Part shown: positions 19,578 through 27,700 of the stretch, one piece after another
Numbering within the stretch: the first letter of the stretch is position 1
Layout: each line of letters begins with the position of its first letter
NCBI RefSeq assembly: GCF_001306055.1
Contig: NZ_LGHJ01000007.1
Coordinates: forward strand, 60,001-92,000
DNA length: 32,000 bases
Direction of reading: 5' to 3'
From: Bellilinea caldifistulae
Lineage (GTDB): Bacteria > Chloroflexota > Anaerolineae > Anaerolineales > Anaerolineaceae
Translations under genes and position numbers: made by a program
The notes under the pieces: model-generated
What the model saw: only the letters and a program-made list of their open reading frames with translations
Told to the model about the DNA's origin: nothing
Database searches by the model: none

Positions 19578-20703
19578 TGCAATTCCTCTCGATGGATTGG
19601 ATCATCACTAAATTATTGCGGTGGATTACCTCATCCCCGTAGGTATACCCTAAAATTGTTTCTATTTCGGTGGATTGGTGTCCGATCAATTTTTCCAAAT
19701 CACGAGCTGCATAATTGGTAATGCCCATTGCAACCGAACTGGCCTTTCCGCACAACACTTCAACGGCATCCCCCCGTTCAAAATCCCCCGACACTTTGGT
19801 AATCCCAATGGGCAATAAACTCCGTCCTCTAATCAGAGCCAGTTCTGCACCTGCATCAATGTAAATTTGTCCGTTGCCTTTTGCGGCAGTCAGAATGTAT
19901 CGTTTTCTTGCTTCTATTTTGTTTAATACAGGTGAGAAATAGGTACCGATTGGCTCGTTATTGACTATGCGCAATATATTAAGTGGCACACTTCCGGAAG
20001 CGACTACGACAGCACAGCCTGAGCGACGCGCCAGATCAGCTGCTTGAAGTTTTGTAATCATACCACCTGTACCCACCCCACTAACACTGCCACCAGCCGC
20101 AGCCCACATTTCAGGAGGTATTTCAGCGCTCTCGATTCGACCGAATAGTCTTGCATGAGGATTTCGACGTGGGTCTTGATCATAAACGCCGTCCTGATCG
20201 GTTAGTAAAATCAACAAATCCGCCTCGATCAGACTTGCCACCTGAGCAGAAAGATTGTCGTTATCCCCAAAACGGATTTCTTCAGTAGCGACGGTGTCAT
20301 TTTCATTGATGATGGGTATAACAGATTGATGGATCAGCGCCTCAAGGGTGCTGCGAGCATTCAGGTAACGCCGCCGGTCAGTTAAGTCTGCTCTGGTGAG
20401 CAGCACCTGGGCAACTTTTTCTTCGTAGATGGCAAAAAAGCGTTCGTACATTTCCATCAAACGAGGTTGCCCAATTGCAGCCAGCATTTGTTTCGCGGGT
20501 ATGAATTTAGGTAATTCAGGGTACCCTAAAGCCTCTCTGCCGGCGGCGATTGCACCCGAGGAAACCAGCAAAACCTGAATCCCGCTTTGTTTTAATTGAC
20601 AAATCGCTTTGACCAGATCAATCACCCTCGGGGGCGAAATGTGCCTTCCACCCGCTGTAAGTGTAGAAGATCCTACTTTTATTACGACTCGCTGATAATT
20701 CAT
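19570..20703 (-). CDS. proB: Glutamate 5-kinase with C-terminal PUA domain
   Basis: 377 aa. VVIKVGSSTLT amino-acid-kinase N-terminus, NENDTVATEEIRFGDNDNLSA, and a C-terminal PUA-like segment (ITKVSGDFERGDAVEV). Confidence 0.9.
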   Translation of the reverse strand: MNYQRVVIKVGSSTLTAGGRHISPPRVIDLVKAICQLKQSGIQVLLVSSGAIAAGREALGYPELPKFIPAKQMLAAIGQPRLMEMYERFFAIYEEKVAQVLLTRADLTDRRRYLNARSTLEALIHQSVIPIINENDTVATEEIRFGDNDNLSAQVASLIEADLLILLTDQDGVYDQDPRRNPHARLFGRIESAEIPPEMWAAAGGSVSGVGTGGMITKLQAADLARRSGCAVVVASGSVPLNILRIVNNEPIGTYFSPVLNKIEARKRYILTAAKGNGQIYIDAGAELALIRGRSLLPIGITKVSGDFERGDAVEVLCGKASSVAMGITNYAARDLEKLIGHQSTEIETILGYTYGDEVIHRNNLVMIQSIERNCNG

Positions 20704-20718
20704 TGGGCTTGTTCGATC

Positions 20719-22470
20719 CTAAGAGATGAGTTTCAATAAAGCCTTGGCAGCCATCAAAGGACCTTCCTGTTCCTTACCAGGGACACCCAGTTGGGTTCTT
20801 AATTCTCCGACAAACACATTTTGTTTAAATAACTGATCAAAATATCGGACAGCCAATTCTTCATGCAAATCCTGATATTGAGGCGGGCCGAAGATATTTG
20901 CAAAGTAACTGTGCACCAGACCCTTTGTGTTGGTAGTCCCCTTACTCATTACCGCTCCGGAGCGGAACACTTCAAGTGCATCTTGAGCATTTTCAAAACG
21001 GCGAATAATCGGATAGTCCTGATCAACCACCTCGTAGTTATTGGCATACAAGAATACATCCACTGGGTAGCCGCGCATGACTTCATCATACGTCGTAATC
21101 GGGATAACTACCCGAGCGTTGGTCTGATCCGGATTCATAATAATCGTGCGGTCAATTTGCCCCCACGCATAACCCGACTGAAGGTCATCCAATCTCACAA
21201 ACGCCCCAATTTCTGTACCAAAACCTGCAACTTTTCCACTCGAGTCAATTTGAAGAGAGCCCATATCATCTGCAATGGGAATTAATTCTTCAACCTCATC
21301 ACCGGCTATTTGTCGTAACGCTTCCAGAGTTTCAGATTTTCCAGCACCTGTGTCTCCTACAATTAACACATTGGATTCCTTGCCTGAGCGCATGCGTATG
21401 TGAAAATAAGCCCCATGATAAGGCAGCCGGCCTCTTTTCATCACAATAATATTATGCAAGGTCAACACCATTTTCTTTAGATAACCAAAATATCCAAATT
21501 CATCTCGACAAGGCACGGCAGCTACCAGCATGTGATTTTCTTCGTCGTCGTAGAAGATCGTTTGACTTTGACCCTCCATTAATCCGGGGATTTCTGGAAC
21601 GCCAAACAGGTATATGGCATCGGGTTGCTGAGTAATCTGGTCACTCTCGGCCAGCTCAAATAAATTACATAAAGAAAATCCCAGCTCAAAGAAGCGCATC
21701 GAAAAATAGATCATGACAACCAGATCACCAACCTTCGCTGGATAACAGACCCATTCTTCCGGATCCAAATGCAAGCCCCGTACCGGATTGAAATTTACCC
21801 GCTCGAACATGCCTTTTCTTTTGTTTGAAGGTGAGTTGAAAATCATTGGCGGGTAAATCATGATTTGTCGGATAATCGAGATGTTTTTTAAGGCGGTATA
21901 ATCGCCATTCGGGTATGGAATTGGCGCAGGTAATGCAATTGCGCCAATTTCGACGCCCGCACTCACCTGCCGATAAACACGCGGATGACTTCCGGTAATG
22001 TTTTCCTGAATATCCCGATAAGTGCTGCGCACAACATGCATCAACCGCTCAACCGTTTCGGCAAAGGTGCGGTAAGGACGCCGATCCATTTCATCCAGCG
22101 TTCGATCGCAAATCAGGACACGATGGAGACTCCGCCAGTAGTTGTATAAATTTTCAACAAAATCATAGATTAAATCGCGTTCGGTCAAGAACTTCCTGGC
22201 CGGTTCATGAACTTTAATCACCAAATCGGCGGGTAACTTGACCAGAAAGCGAAAAGTATCAATCATTTCGGTAATCGCCTTTTCGGAAACCTGACGATTT
22301 GGGAACAAATTCAAGAATCGGGATTCTCGCTTTTGTAAATGGCGTATAAAATCCCACAATACATCCCGGAACAAAGGACTGGTGAGCAGCTCCTCCGAAT
22401 TCTCACAAATCTTCCCCCGTAATCTCAAAACAACTTTACCATCGTACATTTGATAGGACAATGCTTCCAT
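20719..22470 (-). CDS. Uncharacterised 583-aa protein; C-terminal half has an HPr-kinase/PEPCK-superfamily-like P-loop module
   Basis: ATG 22470 with a GAGGAG SD. Residues ~350-403 read LPYHGAYFHIRMRSGKESNVLIVGDTGAGKSETLEALRQ...LIPIADDMGS. Compare the HprK-C pattern HG....G.GVLI.G.SG.GKSE.ALEL....LVADD. I recognise no motif in the N-terminal ~340 aa. Confidence 0.5.
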   Translation of the reverse strand: MEALSYQMYDGKVVLRLRGKICENSEELLTSPLFRDVLWDFIRHLQKRESRFLNLFPNRQVSEKAITEMIDTFRFLVKLPADLVIKVHEPARKFLTERDLIYDFVENLYNYWRSLHRVLICDRTLDEMDRRPYRTFAETVERLMHVVRSTYRDIQENITGSHPRVYRQVSAGVEIGAIALPAPIPYPNGDYTALKNISIIRQIMIYPPMIFNSPSNKRKGMFERVNFNPVRGLHLDPEEWVCYPAKVGDLVVMIYFSMRFFELGFSLCNLFELAESDQITQQPDAIYLFGVPEIPGLMEGQSQTIFYDDEENHMLVAAVPCRDEFGYFGYLKKMVLTLHNIIVMKRGRLPYHGAYFHIRMRSGKESNVLIVGDTGAGKSETLEALRQIAGDEVEELIPIADDMGSLQIDSSGKVAGFGTEIGAFVRLDDLQSGYAWGQIDRTIIMNPDQTNARVVIPITTYDEVMRGYPVDVFLYANNYEVVDQDYPIIRRFENAQDALEVFRSGAVMSKGTTNTKGLVHSYFANIFGPPQYQDLHEELAVRYFDQLFKQNVFVGELRTQLGVPGKEQEGPLMAAKALLKLIS

Positions 22471-22516
22471 TTTTGCTCCTCGCCTGAGTGAAAATTTTGA
22501 AATATGTTTATTGCTG

Positions 22517-23821
22517 TCAAATGATCCCCACCCGCTCTTCTAACATCTGAGTCGTCAAGGATTTCGGGCGTTCAATCGGCTTGCCCAATGCGCGTGCCCA
22601 AATCGCATGGGCAGTCAGCCCTAATAATCGGCTCACGCCAAACAAAACGGTGTAAAAATCAACCTCCCGCACCCCGTAATAATACTGCAGACAGCCGTTG
22701 ATTGCGTCCACATTCGGTCTTGGATTTTTGATCTTCCCATTTTCTCCCAGAATGGAAGGGGCCAGGCGGTAGACCTGCTTAACCAATTGGAATAATGGAT
22801 CCTGAGGCAAAAATTGTTCCGCAAATTCCATTTGGGCGGTGAAGCGTGGATCAGTTACCCTCAATACCGCATGGCCGTAACCAGGGATCACATAGCCCGC
22901 CGACAACTGATTGCGAATGTACCCCTCCAATTCTTCGTCTGAGGGTAACCTTTGAAAATGATCATACACATTCAGCAGCCACCGAATACATTCTTGGTTG
23001 GCAAGCCCATGCAACGGGCCAGCCAGGCCATTCATTCCAGCGGCAGAAGAAAGGTAAATATCGGAGAGCGCTGAACTGACCAGATGGGAGGTATGAGCGC
23101 TCACATTGGCGCCTTCGTGGTCAGAATGGATGACAAGATACAAACGCATCAATTCCTGATACTCCCAATCCGATCCCTTACCAATCATTTGCGCAAAACT
23201 GGCACTCCAATCCAGATTGGGATCTGGGGGTTCTACCTTGCCGTCCTTGTACTTCCAGCAGTATATGAACGCAGCAATTTGAGGAATTTTCGCCGTCAGA
23301 TTCAAACTATCTTCTAAATAATATTCCCAATACTGCGATTTCTGCACGCCTTCCAGGTAAGCTCTGGCAAAGAGGGATTGTGGCTGCAACGCCATAATTG
23401 CCTGACTGAAAAGCGTCATCGGATGGGTTTCAGGGGGCATTGAACAAATAACGTCCCAAACATATTGGGGTACTTCTGACCGGCAACGCCAGATTTCTTC
23501 CACCTCTTCTGCTTCTTTTTGGCTCGGCAATTCGCCGGTCAAGAGCAAGTGATACAAGCCTCCCGCCAGCGGCATTCGAGAGTTTTTTGCTTTTGGTAAC
23601 AATGACAAAACCTGAGAAATCGTGTACCCCCTTAGACGAATCCCCTCATAGGGATCAACATAAGAAATATCACTGATGCTGATTTGCACACCCCGAATAC
23701 CGCTGAGGATTTGTTCTATGGTTACCTCTCCAACCACAAAGTTGCTATATTCTTTTTTCAACCGCTGAATCCGCTCCATCCATCGCGGTATCTGTTCTTG
23801 AATTTTCTCCTTGATAATCAT
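22517..23821 (-). CDS. gltA: Citrate synthase, eukaryote (mitochondrial)-like type
   Basis: The ORF-track start at 23833 is GTG; the ATG at 23821 has a GGGAG SD, giving 434 aa. Long near-identical stretches to mitochondrial CS: MRLYLVIHSDHEGANVSAHTSHLVSSALSD, AAGMNGLAGPLHGLANQE, PGYGHAVLRVTDPRF, KNPRPNVDA and YTVLFGVSRLLG. The catalytic His/His/Asp contexts are present. Confidence 0.9.
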   Translation of the reverse strand: MIIKEKIQEQIPRWMERIQRLKKEYSNFVVGEVTIEQILSGIRGVQISISDISYVDPYEGIRLRGYTISQVLSLLPKAKNSRMPLAGGLYHLLLTGELPSQKEAEEVEEIWRCRSEVPQYVWDVICSMPPETHPMTLFSQAIMALQPQSLFARAYLEGVQKSQYWEYYLEDSLNLTAKIPQIAAFIYCWKYKDGKVEPPDPNLDWSASFAQMIGKGSDWEYQELMRLYLVIHSDHEGANVSAHTSHLVSSALSDIYLSSAAGMNGLAGPLHGLANQECIRWLLNVYDHFQRLPSDEELEGYIRNQLSAGYVIPGYGHAVLRVTDPRFTAQMEFAEQFLPQDPLFQLVKQVYRLAPSILGENGKIKNPRPNVDAINGCLQYYYGVREVDFYTVLFGVSRLLGLTAHAIWARALGKPIERPKSLTTQMLEERVGII

Positions 23822-23843
23822 CCCGACTCCCACTTGTTATGAG

Positions 23844-24590
23844 TTAATGACTCAAAATTTGAGAAAGAAAAGCCCTACTGCGCTCATGAGCCGGCTGGCT
23901 GAAAAACACCTCCGGGGTTGCCCGTTCGATTATTTTTCCATAATCCATGAAAATCACCTCATCTGCGGCTGCGCGGGCAAAACCCATCTCGTGTGTTACG
24001 ACCACCATCGTAATTCCCTCTTCAGCCAGGTTCAGCATCACATCAAGAACTTCCTTGATCATCTCCGGGTCAAGCGCACTGGTGGGTTCATCAAACAACA
24101 TAATTTTCGGATCTTGAGCAAGAGCACGGGCAATTGCAACACGCTGCTGCTGTCCACCCGAAAGTTGAGCCGGATAGAAACGGGCTTTATCCGCAATTCC
24201 AACTCGTTCTAGATGATGCATTGCAATTGCTTCGGCTTGAGATTTTGGAATTTTGCGGACAATTCTTTGCGCCAGGGTCACATTCTCCAAAACGGTTAAA
24301 TGAGGATAAAGGTTGAAATGTTGGAACACCATACCAATTTGGGAACGAATGGCGTTCAATTGTCTTTGATTTCCGGTGATTTTCTGCCGCTCGATCCAAA
24401 TCTCACCTTCGGTAGGAGTTTCCAAATGATTTATACATCGCAAAAGGGTGGATTTACCCGAACCGCTCGGGCCGATGATGACAATCACTTGTCCTCTACG
24501 AACCGTCAGGTTAACCCCATCCAACGCTACCAAACGCCCAAATTTTTTCCTGAGATTGATCACTTGAATCATTTCATGCGTTGCGTTCAT
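23844..24590 (-). CDS. Polar amino-acid ABC transporter ATP-binding protein (GlnQ-like)
   Basis: 248 aa. Walker [10 protein letters not shown], signature [15 protein letters not shown], Walker [13 protein letters not shown]. An alternative ATG at 24572 would remove the 17-nt overlap with the permease. Confidence 0.9.
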   Translation of the reverse strand: MNATHEMIQVINLRKKFGRLVALDGVNLTVRRGQVIVIIGPSGSGKSTLLRCINHLETPTEGEIWIERQKITGNQRQLNAIRSQIGMVFQHFNLYPHLTVLENVTLAQRIVRKIPKSQAEAIAMHHLERVGIADKARFYPAQLSGGQQQRVAIARALAQDPKIMLFDEPTSALDPEMIKEVLDVMLNLAEEGITMVVVTHEMGFARAAADEVIFMDYGKIIERATPEVFFSQPAHERSRAFLSQILSH

Positions 24591-25461
24591 CTTGTCTTAC
24601 TCTTCTTTCTATCCATTTGACCAAAGCAGATAACACTACCGTCATCATCAAGTAAAGTACTGCAAGGGTGACATAGGCTTCTTGATATTGGAAAGACCTG
24701 CCAGCATACAACTTCGCGATTTGGGTAATATCCCTCACTGCCAGTACCGATACAAGCGAAGAATCTTTCAACATTGAAACGAAATCATTCCCAAGAGCGG
24801 GTAAAACATTCCTAATTGCCTGCGGAAGGATAATAAAACGCATTGCCTGCCAGTACGTCATCCCTTGTGCGCGGGCAGCTTCCATTTGGCCTCTCCCGAT
24901 GGATTGAATTCCAGCCCGGAAAATCTCCGCCTGAAATGCACCATAAGTGACAGAAAGAGCAATAATAGCACGGGTCGTCATTGGCACTGAGCTATTTTCC
25001 AGTTGTATCAACGGCTGGGCAATCAATTGCAAGCCTATTTGGGAAAACCACTCCCCAATCTGGTTCAAGAGACCGACCCCAGCAGGAACACCCACAAAAG
25101 CGATGAAAAATATCAGCACCAGCATGGGTATTCCGCGAATTAACTCTACATACAAAGTACCCAGGTTTTGAATTACTATATTGTGCGAAATACGCCCCAG
25201 GCCAGTAAATAAACCCAAAACCAGGGCAATTCCATATGCAACCAGTGTTGTCTGAACAGTGACACCAACACCAGCCCGGATGAAGTTGAAGGCATCCTGA
25301 TAACTGGGACGAGTCAAGATCAAATGCGCCGTCAGAACAAAAACCCCAATCAATCCAACAGTCCACCAGGGAAAAAGACGGATCTTTTCTCTTATTTCAG
25401 CCCCAGTCAATTGAGGAGAGGCAATTTGCTGTTTTGCTTCAATAGTCTCTTTCACCGCCAT
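24574..25461 (-). CDS. Polar amino-acid ABC transporter permease (His/Glu/Gln/Arg/opine family)
   Basis: 295 aa, multiple TM helices, EAA-loop [32 protein letters not shown]. Confidence 0.9.
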   Translation of the reverse strand: MAVKETIEAKQQIASPQLTGAEIREKIRLFPWWTVGLIGVFVLTAHLILTRPSYQDAFNFIRAGVGVTVQTTLVAYGIALVLGLFTGLGRISHNIVIQNLGTLYVELIRGIPMLVLIFFIAFVGVPAGVGLLNQIGEWFSQIGLQLIAQPLIQLENSSVPMTTRAIIALSVTYGAFQAEIFRAGIQSIGRGQMEAARAQGMTYWQAMRFIILPQAIRNVLPALGNDFVSMLKDSSLVSVLAVRDITQIAKLYAGRSFQYQEAYVTLAVLYLMMTVVLSALVKWIERRVRQDERNA

Positions 25462-25478
25462 ACCTTTATCCTCTCATT

Positions 25479-25515
25479 GGCGTTGGTTGTAACTTTTTCA
25501 GCCACAACCAACGCC
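25479..25515 (-). other. Intercistronic perfect 12-bp stem-loop between the binding-protein and permease genes
   Basis: GGCGTTGGTTGT (25479-25490) pairs with ACAACCAACGCC (25504-25515) around a 13-nt loop. No U-tract follows on the transcribed strand. Confidence 0.7.
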
Positions 25516-25528
25516 TTATTCCTCAAAA

Positions 25529-26419
25529 CTATTTAATGTCCTCTTCGGTTACGTTAAAGGATGGGCCAAAATACTTTTCGTTCAACGCCGCCAGTGTGCC
25601 ATCCGCTTTCATCGATTCAAGAGCCTTATTAACCGGTTCAACCAACGGACTACCCTTTGGAAAGACAAATCCAAGTTCATCACTGGAAATCGAAGGGCCG
25701 ATCAGCTCCAATTTATCTGCGTTTTGACCCGAATACCCCATCCCGACAATTTCGTCAATAATGACTGCATCCACATCCCCAGCTATTAATGCTTGAATAG
25801 CAAAGGGGAATTGCTCAAAAGCCTTGATTCGTCCTTCAGGTAAAAACTTAACAGCAGTTTCATAATTGGTAGTGCTGACCTGAGTTCCCATGATTAAAGC
25901 GTCATTCTGAGCAAATTCCTCAATGCTGGTGAATCGAGACTCACCTTTTCGAACCAATAACCGTTGTTGAATCTGAATATATCCTATAGAAAAATCAACA
26001 ATTTTCTGACGTTCAGGTGTATTGGTAATTCCATCCGCTGCTACATCGAATTGGCCATCCGAAACGGCCTGAATCATTCCATCCCAAGCTGTTTCAACAA
26101 ATACAGGGATACAATGCAGGCGGGTACAAATTTCTCGCCAGGCATCGTAATCCCAGCCTCCCGGTTCACCAGTTTGAATTGAAATGTAGTTAAAGGGAAG
26201 ATAGGCATTTTCCACAGCAATGGTGACTTCACGGCATCCCAAATCCACAATAGCTGTTTCTGCTGTTCCCAAACAACCTTCTGGCTGAGAAGGCGTGTTA
26301 ATGCTTGGGCTTTCACCAACATCTCCAGTTGAAGTTGAGCTGGTATCCGCTGGACTTCCACAAGCGCTCAAGAACAGCACGATTGCCAATACAAAAACCT
26401 TAATAAGTGAATTTTTCAT
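25529..26419 (-). CDS. Amino-acid ABC transporter substrate-binding lipoprotein (SBP family 3)
   Basis: 296 aa, AGGAGG SD. Signal peptide with lipobox LFLSAC-GS and a Ser/Thr/Pro-rich linker. Family-3 SBP core ([32 protein letters not shown]). Confidence 0.85.
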   Translation of the reverse strand: MKNSLIKVFVLAIVLFLSACGSPADTSSTSTGDVGESPSINTPSQPEGCLGTAETAIVDLGCREVTIAVENAYLPFNYISIQTGEPGGWDYDAWREICTRLHCIPVFVETAWDGMIQAVSDGQFDVAADGITNTPERQKIVDFSIGYIQIQQRLLVRKGESRFTSIEEFAQNDALIMGTQVSTTNYETAVKFLPEGRIKAFEQFPFAIQALIAGDVDAVIIDEIVGMGYSGQNADKLELIGPSISSDELGFVFPKGSPLVEPVNKALESMKADGTLAALNEKYFGPSFNVTEEDIK

Positions 26420-26447
26420 CTCTGCCTCCTTTGGTTTTCGATACTTT

Positions 26448-26476
26448 ATATTATGATATTATTTATCCAATTTCAA
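26448..26476 (-). promoter_or_regulatory. Candidate sigma70-type promoter of the ABC-transporter/gltA/proBA/pxp gene run
   Basis: Minus strand reads TTGAAA (26476..26471), a 17-nt spacer, then TAATAT (26453..26448), about 30 nt upstream of the ATG at 26419. Confidence 0.45.
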
Positions 26477-26518
26477 TAATTGATTTCTAACTCTCGCACC
26501 TCCAGGAAAATTGGTTAT

Positions 26519-26550
26519 AAAAAAACCCTCCCGTTTGGGAGGGTTTTTGT
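26519..26550. terminator. Intrinsic terminator hairpin (bidirectional shape; stronger U-tract on the minus strand)
   Basis: A7-CCCTCCC-GTTT-GGGAGGG-T5: a 7-bp GC stem extendable by A/T pairs. The minus-strand transcript ends in U7, the plus-strand version in U5. Confidence 0.7.
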
Positions 26551-26654
26551 TCTCAATTAACTGGTGTTAACCATTAAGGCTAAGCGCCAAAAACCGCTCC
26601 CTGTTTGTAGGTTCGGTTCTTTGGGGTACGCTTAGCATTGGTTTGGAAAAACAT
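26519..26654 (-). ncRNA. Candidate orphan small RNA (~135 nt), or leaderless mRNA for a 24-codon micro-ORF
   Basis: Bounded by the promoter at 26661-26689 and the terminator at 26519-26550. The predicted RNA has an 18-nt 5' tail and a long bulged hairpin at 26579-26636 (GCTAAGCG/CGCTTAGC plus CCAAAGAACCG/CGGTTTTTGG). One position of that hairpin is a G-U pair on the minus-strand RNA but an A-C mismatch on the plus-strand RNA. A small hairpin (TTAATGG/CCAGTTAA) and the terminator follow. I recognise no known RNA family. Confidence 0.4.
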
Positions 26655-26660
26655 AGCAAT

Positions 26661-26689
26661 TTTATAGCACCATTGACAGGATATGTCAA
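26661..26689 (-). promoter_or_regulatory. Candidate sigma70-type promoter of the orphan small transcription unit
   Basis: Minus strand reads consensus TTGACA (26689..26684), a 17-nt spacer, then TATAAA (26666..26661). The -35 lies inside the palindrome TTGACAGGATATGTCAA (26673-26689). Confidence 0.5.
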
Positions 26690-26793
26690 GAACAATTTCT
26701 GGCATTTTCCATCCAATTTTTCAGGTGTTTCGCTCAGGCTTATACTTTTAAGTACCCGGTCAGATTTCTCCTGACAAAAACCAAAATTTTTCC

Positions 26794-26822
26794 TTGACGG
26801 TTATCCGACATACGACTAAAAT
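26794..26822 (+). promoter_or_regulatory. Candidate sigma70-type promoter of rplY
   Basis: TTGACG (26794-26799), a 17-nt spacer, then TAAAAT (26817-26822). This leaves a 5' UTR of roughly 75-80 nt before the ATG at 26907. Confidence 0.55.
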
Positions 26823-26906
26823 AATCCGTCGGCTGTCAAGTCGAAAATCTAATTCATAGAGCGAGGGTAACCTGTCAAGGTGAGAGGCGCTCGAGGACGG
26901 AAAAAA

Positions 26907-27554
26907 ATGGAAAAGCTCGTAATTCAGGCAACTCGGCGATCGGTAACCGGTAAAAAGGTGGGAGCACTTCGAAGAGAAGGCAAGCTACCCGGCGTACTTT
27001 ACGGTTATCAAACAGAATCTACTCCAATCCTAATGGAGCTGCGTGATGCCAGTCGTGTGCTTGCCCACGCATCATCATCTCAATTAATCACAATCAATTT
27101 AGATGGAAAAGAATTTGCCACTCTGGTCCGCGAAAAACAACGTGATTTCATCAAAGGCACACTGCTCCACGTTGATTTTCAGGTGGTTTCTTTGACGGAA
27201 AAGATTCGCACCAATGTTGGCATTGAACTCAGCGGCACATCTCCTGCCGTCAAAGATTACAACGGCGTTATCGTGCAGGAATTGGATGAGATCGAGGTGG
27301 AGGCTCTTCCACAGGAACTGCCCGATAAGTTTGTCGTAGATATTTCAGGTCTAGCGAAAATTGGTGATGCGATATTTGTGAGGGACTTAACGGTTCCCAG
27401 TAGCGTCGAAATCCTCAACGACCCGAATGAAGTGATCGTCATAGTCACCGGTGCTGCTCCTGAAATCAGCGAGGAAGAAGAAACCGCCGAGGAGATCTCG
27501 GAGCCGGAAGTCATCGAACGCGGCAAGAAAGAAGAAGTGGACATCGAAGACTAA
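26907..27554 (+). CDS. rplY: 50S ribosomal protein L25, long Ctc (general stress protein) form with acidic C-terminal tail
   Basis: The ORF-track start at 26880 is GTG; the ATG at 26907 is preceded by GAGGACGG. MEKLVIQATRRSVTGKKVGALRREGKLPGVLYG is the L25/Ctc N-terminus. 215 aa, with tail EISEEEETAEEISEPEVIERGKKEEVDIED. Confidence 0.9.
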   Translation: MEKLVIQATRRSVTGKKVGALRREGKLPGVLYGYQTESTPILMELRDASRVLAHASSSQLITINLDGKEFATLVREKQRDFIKGTLLHVDFQVVSLTEKIRTNVGIELSGTSPAVKDYNGVIVQELDEIEVEALPQELPDKFVVDISGLAKIGDAIFVRDLTVPSSVEILNDPNEVIVIVTGAAPEISEEEETAEEISEPEVIERGKKEEVDIED

Positions 27555-27577
27555 AACAATTCTTGATCAGGATTGGC

Positions 27578-27613
27578 GAGCAGCACAAATCGGTTTTGTG
27601 CTGCTCTTTTATT
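27578..27613 (+). terminator. Intrinsic terminator after rplY
   Basis: GAGCAGCACAAA (27578-27589) pairs perfectly with TTTGTGCTGCTC (27595-27606) around a 5-nt loop, followed by TTTTATT. Confidence 0.8.
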
Positions 27614-27700
27614 AAAATCTACAACAACCAACAGAGAGCCTAACGGCACAATCCTTGCACCTTCCCAAGCAAAATTCAACCTCAACAAAGGTTTTCGCAA

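Noticed and set aside
20719-22470. Idea that the 583-aa protein next to citrate synthase is isocitrate dehydrogenase kinase/phosphatase (AceK, similar length)
   Set aside because: As far as I recall, AceK has no GxxGxGKSE P-loop. I also see no resemblance to the AceK N-terminal or kinase motifs I can recall. The only recognisable signature here is HprK/PEPCK-like.
26519-26654. Candidate small RNA as a known housekeeping RNA (tRNA, 4.5S/SRP, 6S, tmRNA) or as an rplY leader
   Set aside because: It has no T-loop (GGTTCGAATCC-type) or cloverleaf and no SRP domain IV motifs, and it is too short for 6S or tmRNA. It is transcribed away from rplY and upstream of the rplY promoter, so it cannot be its leader.
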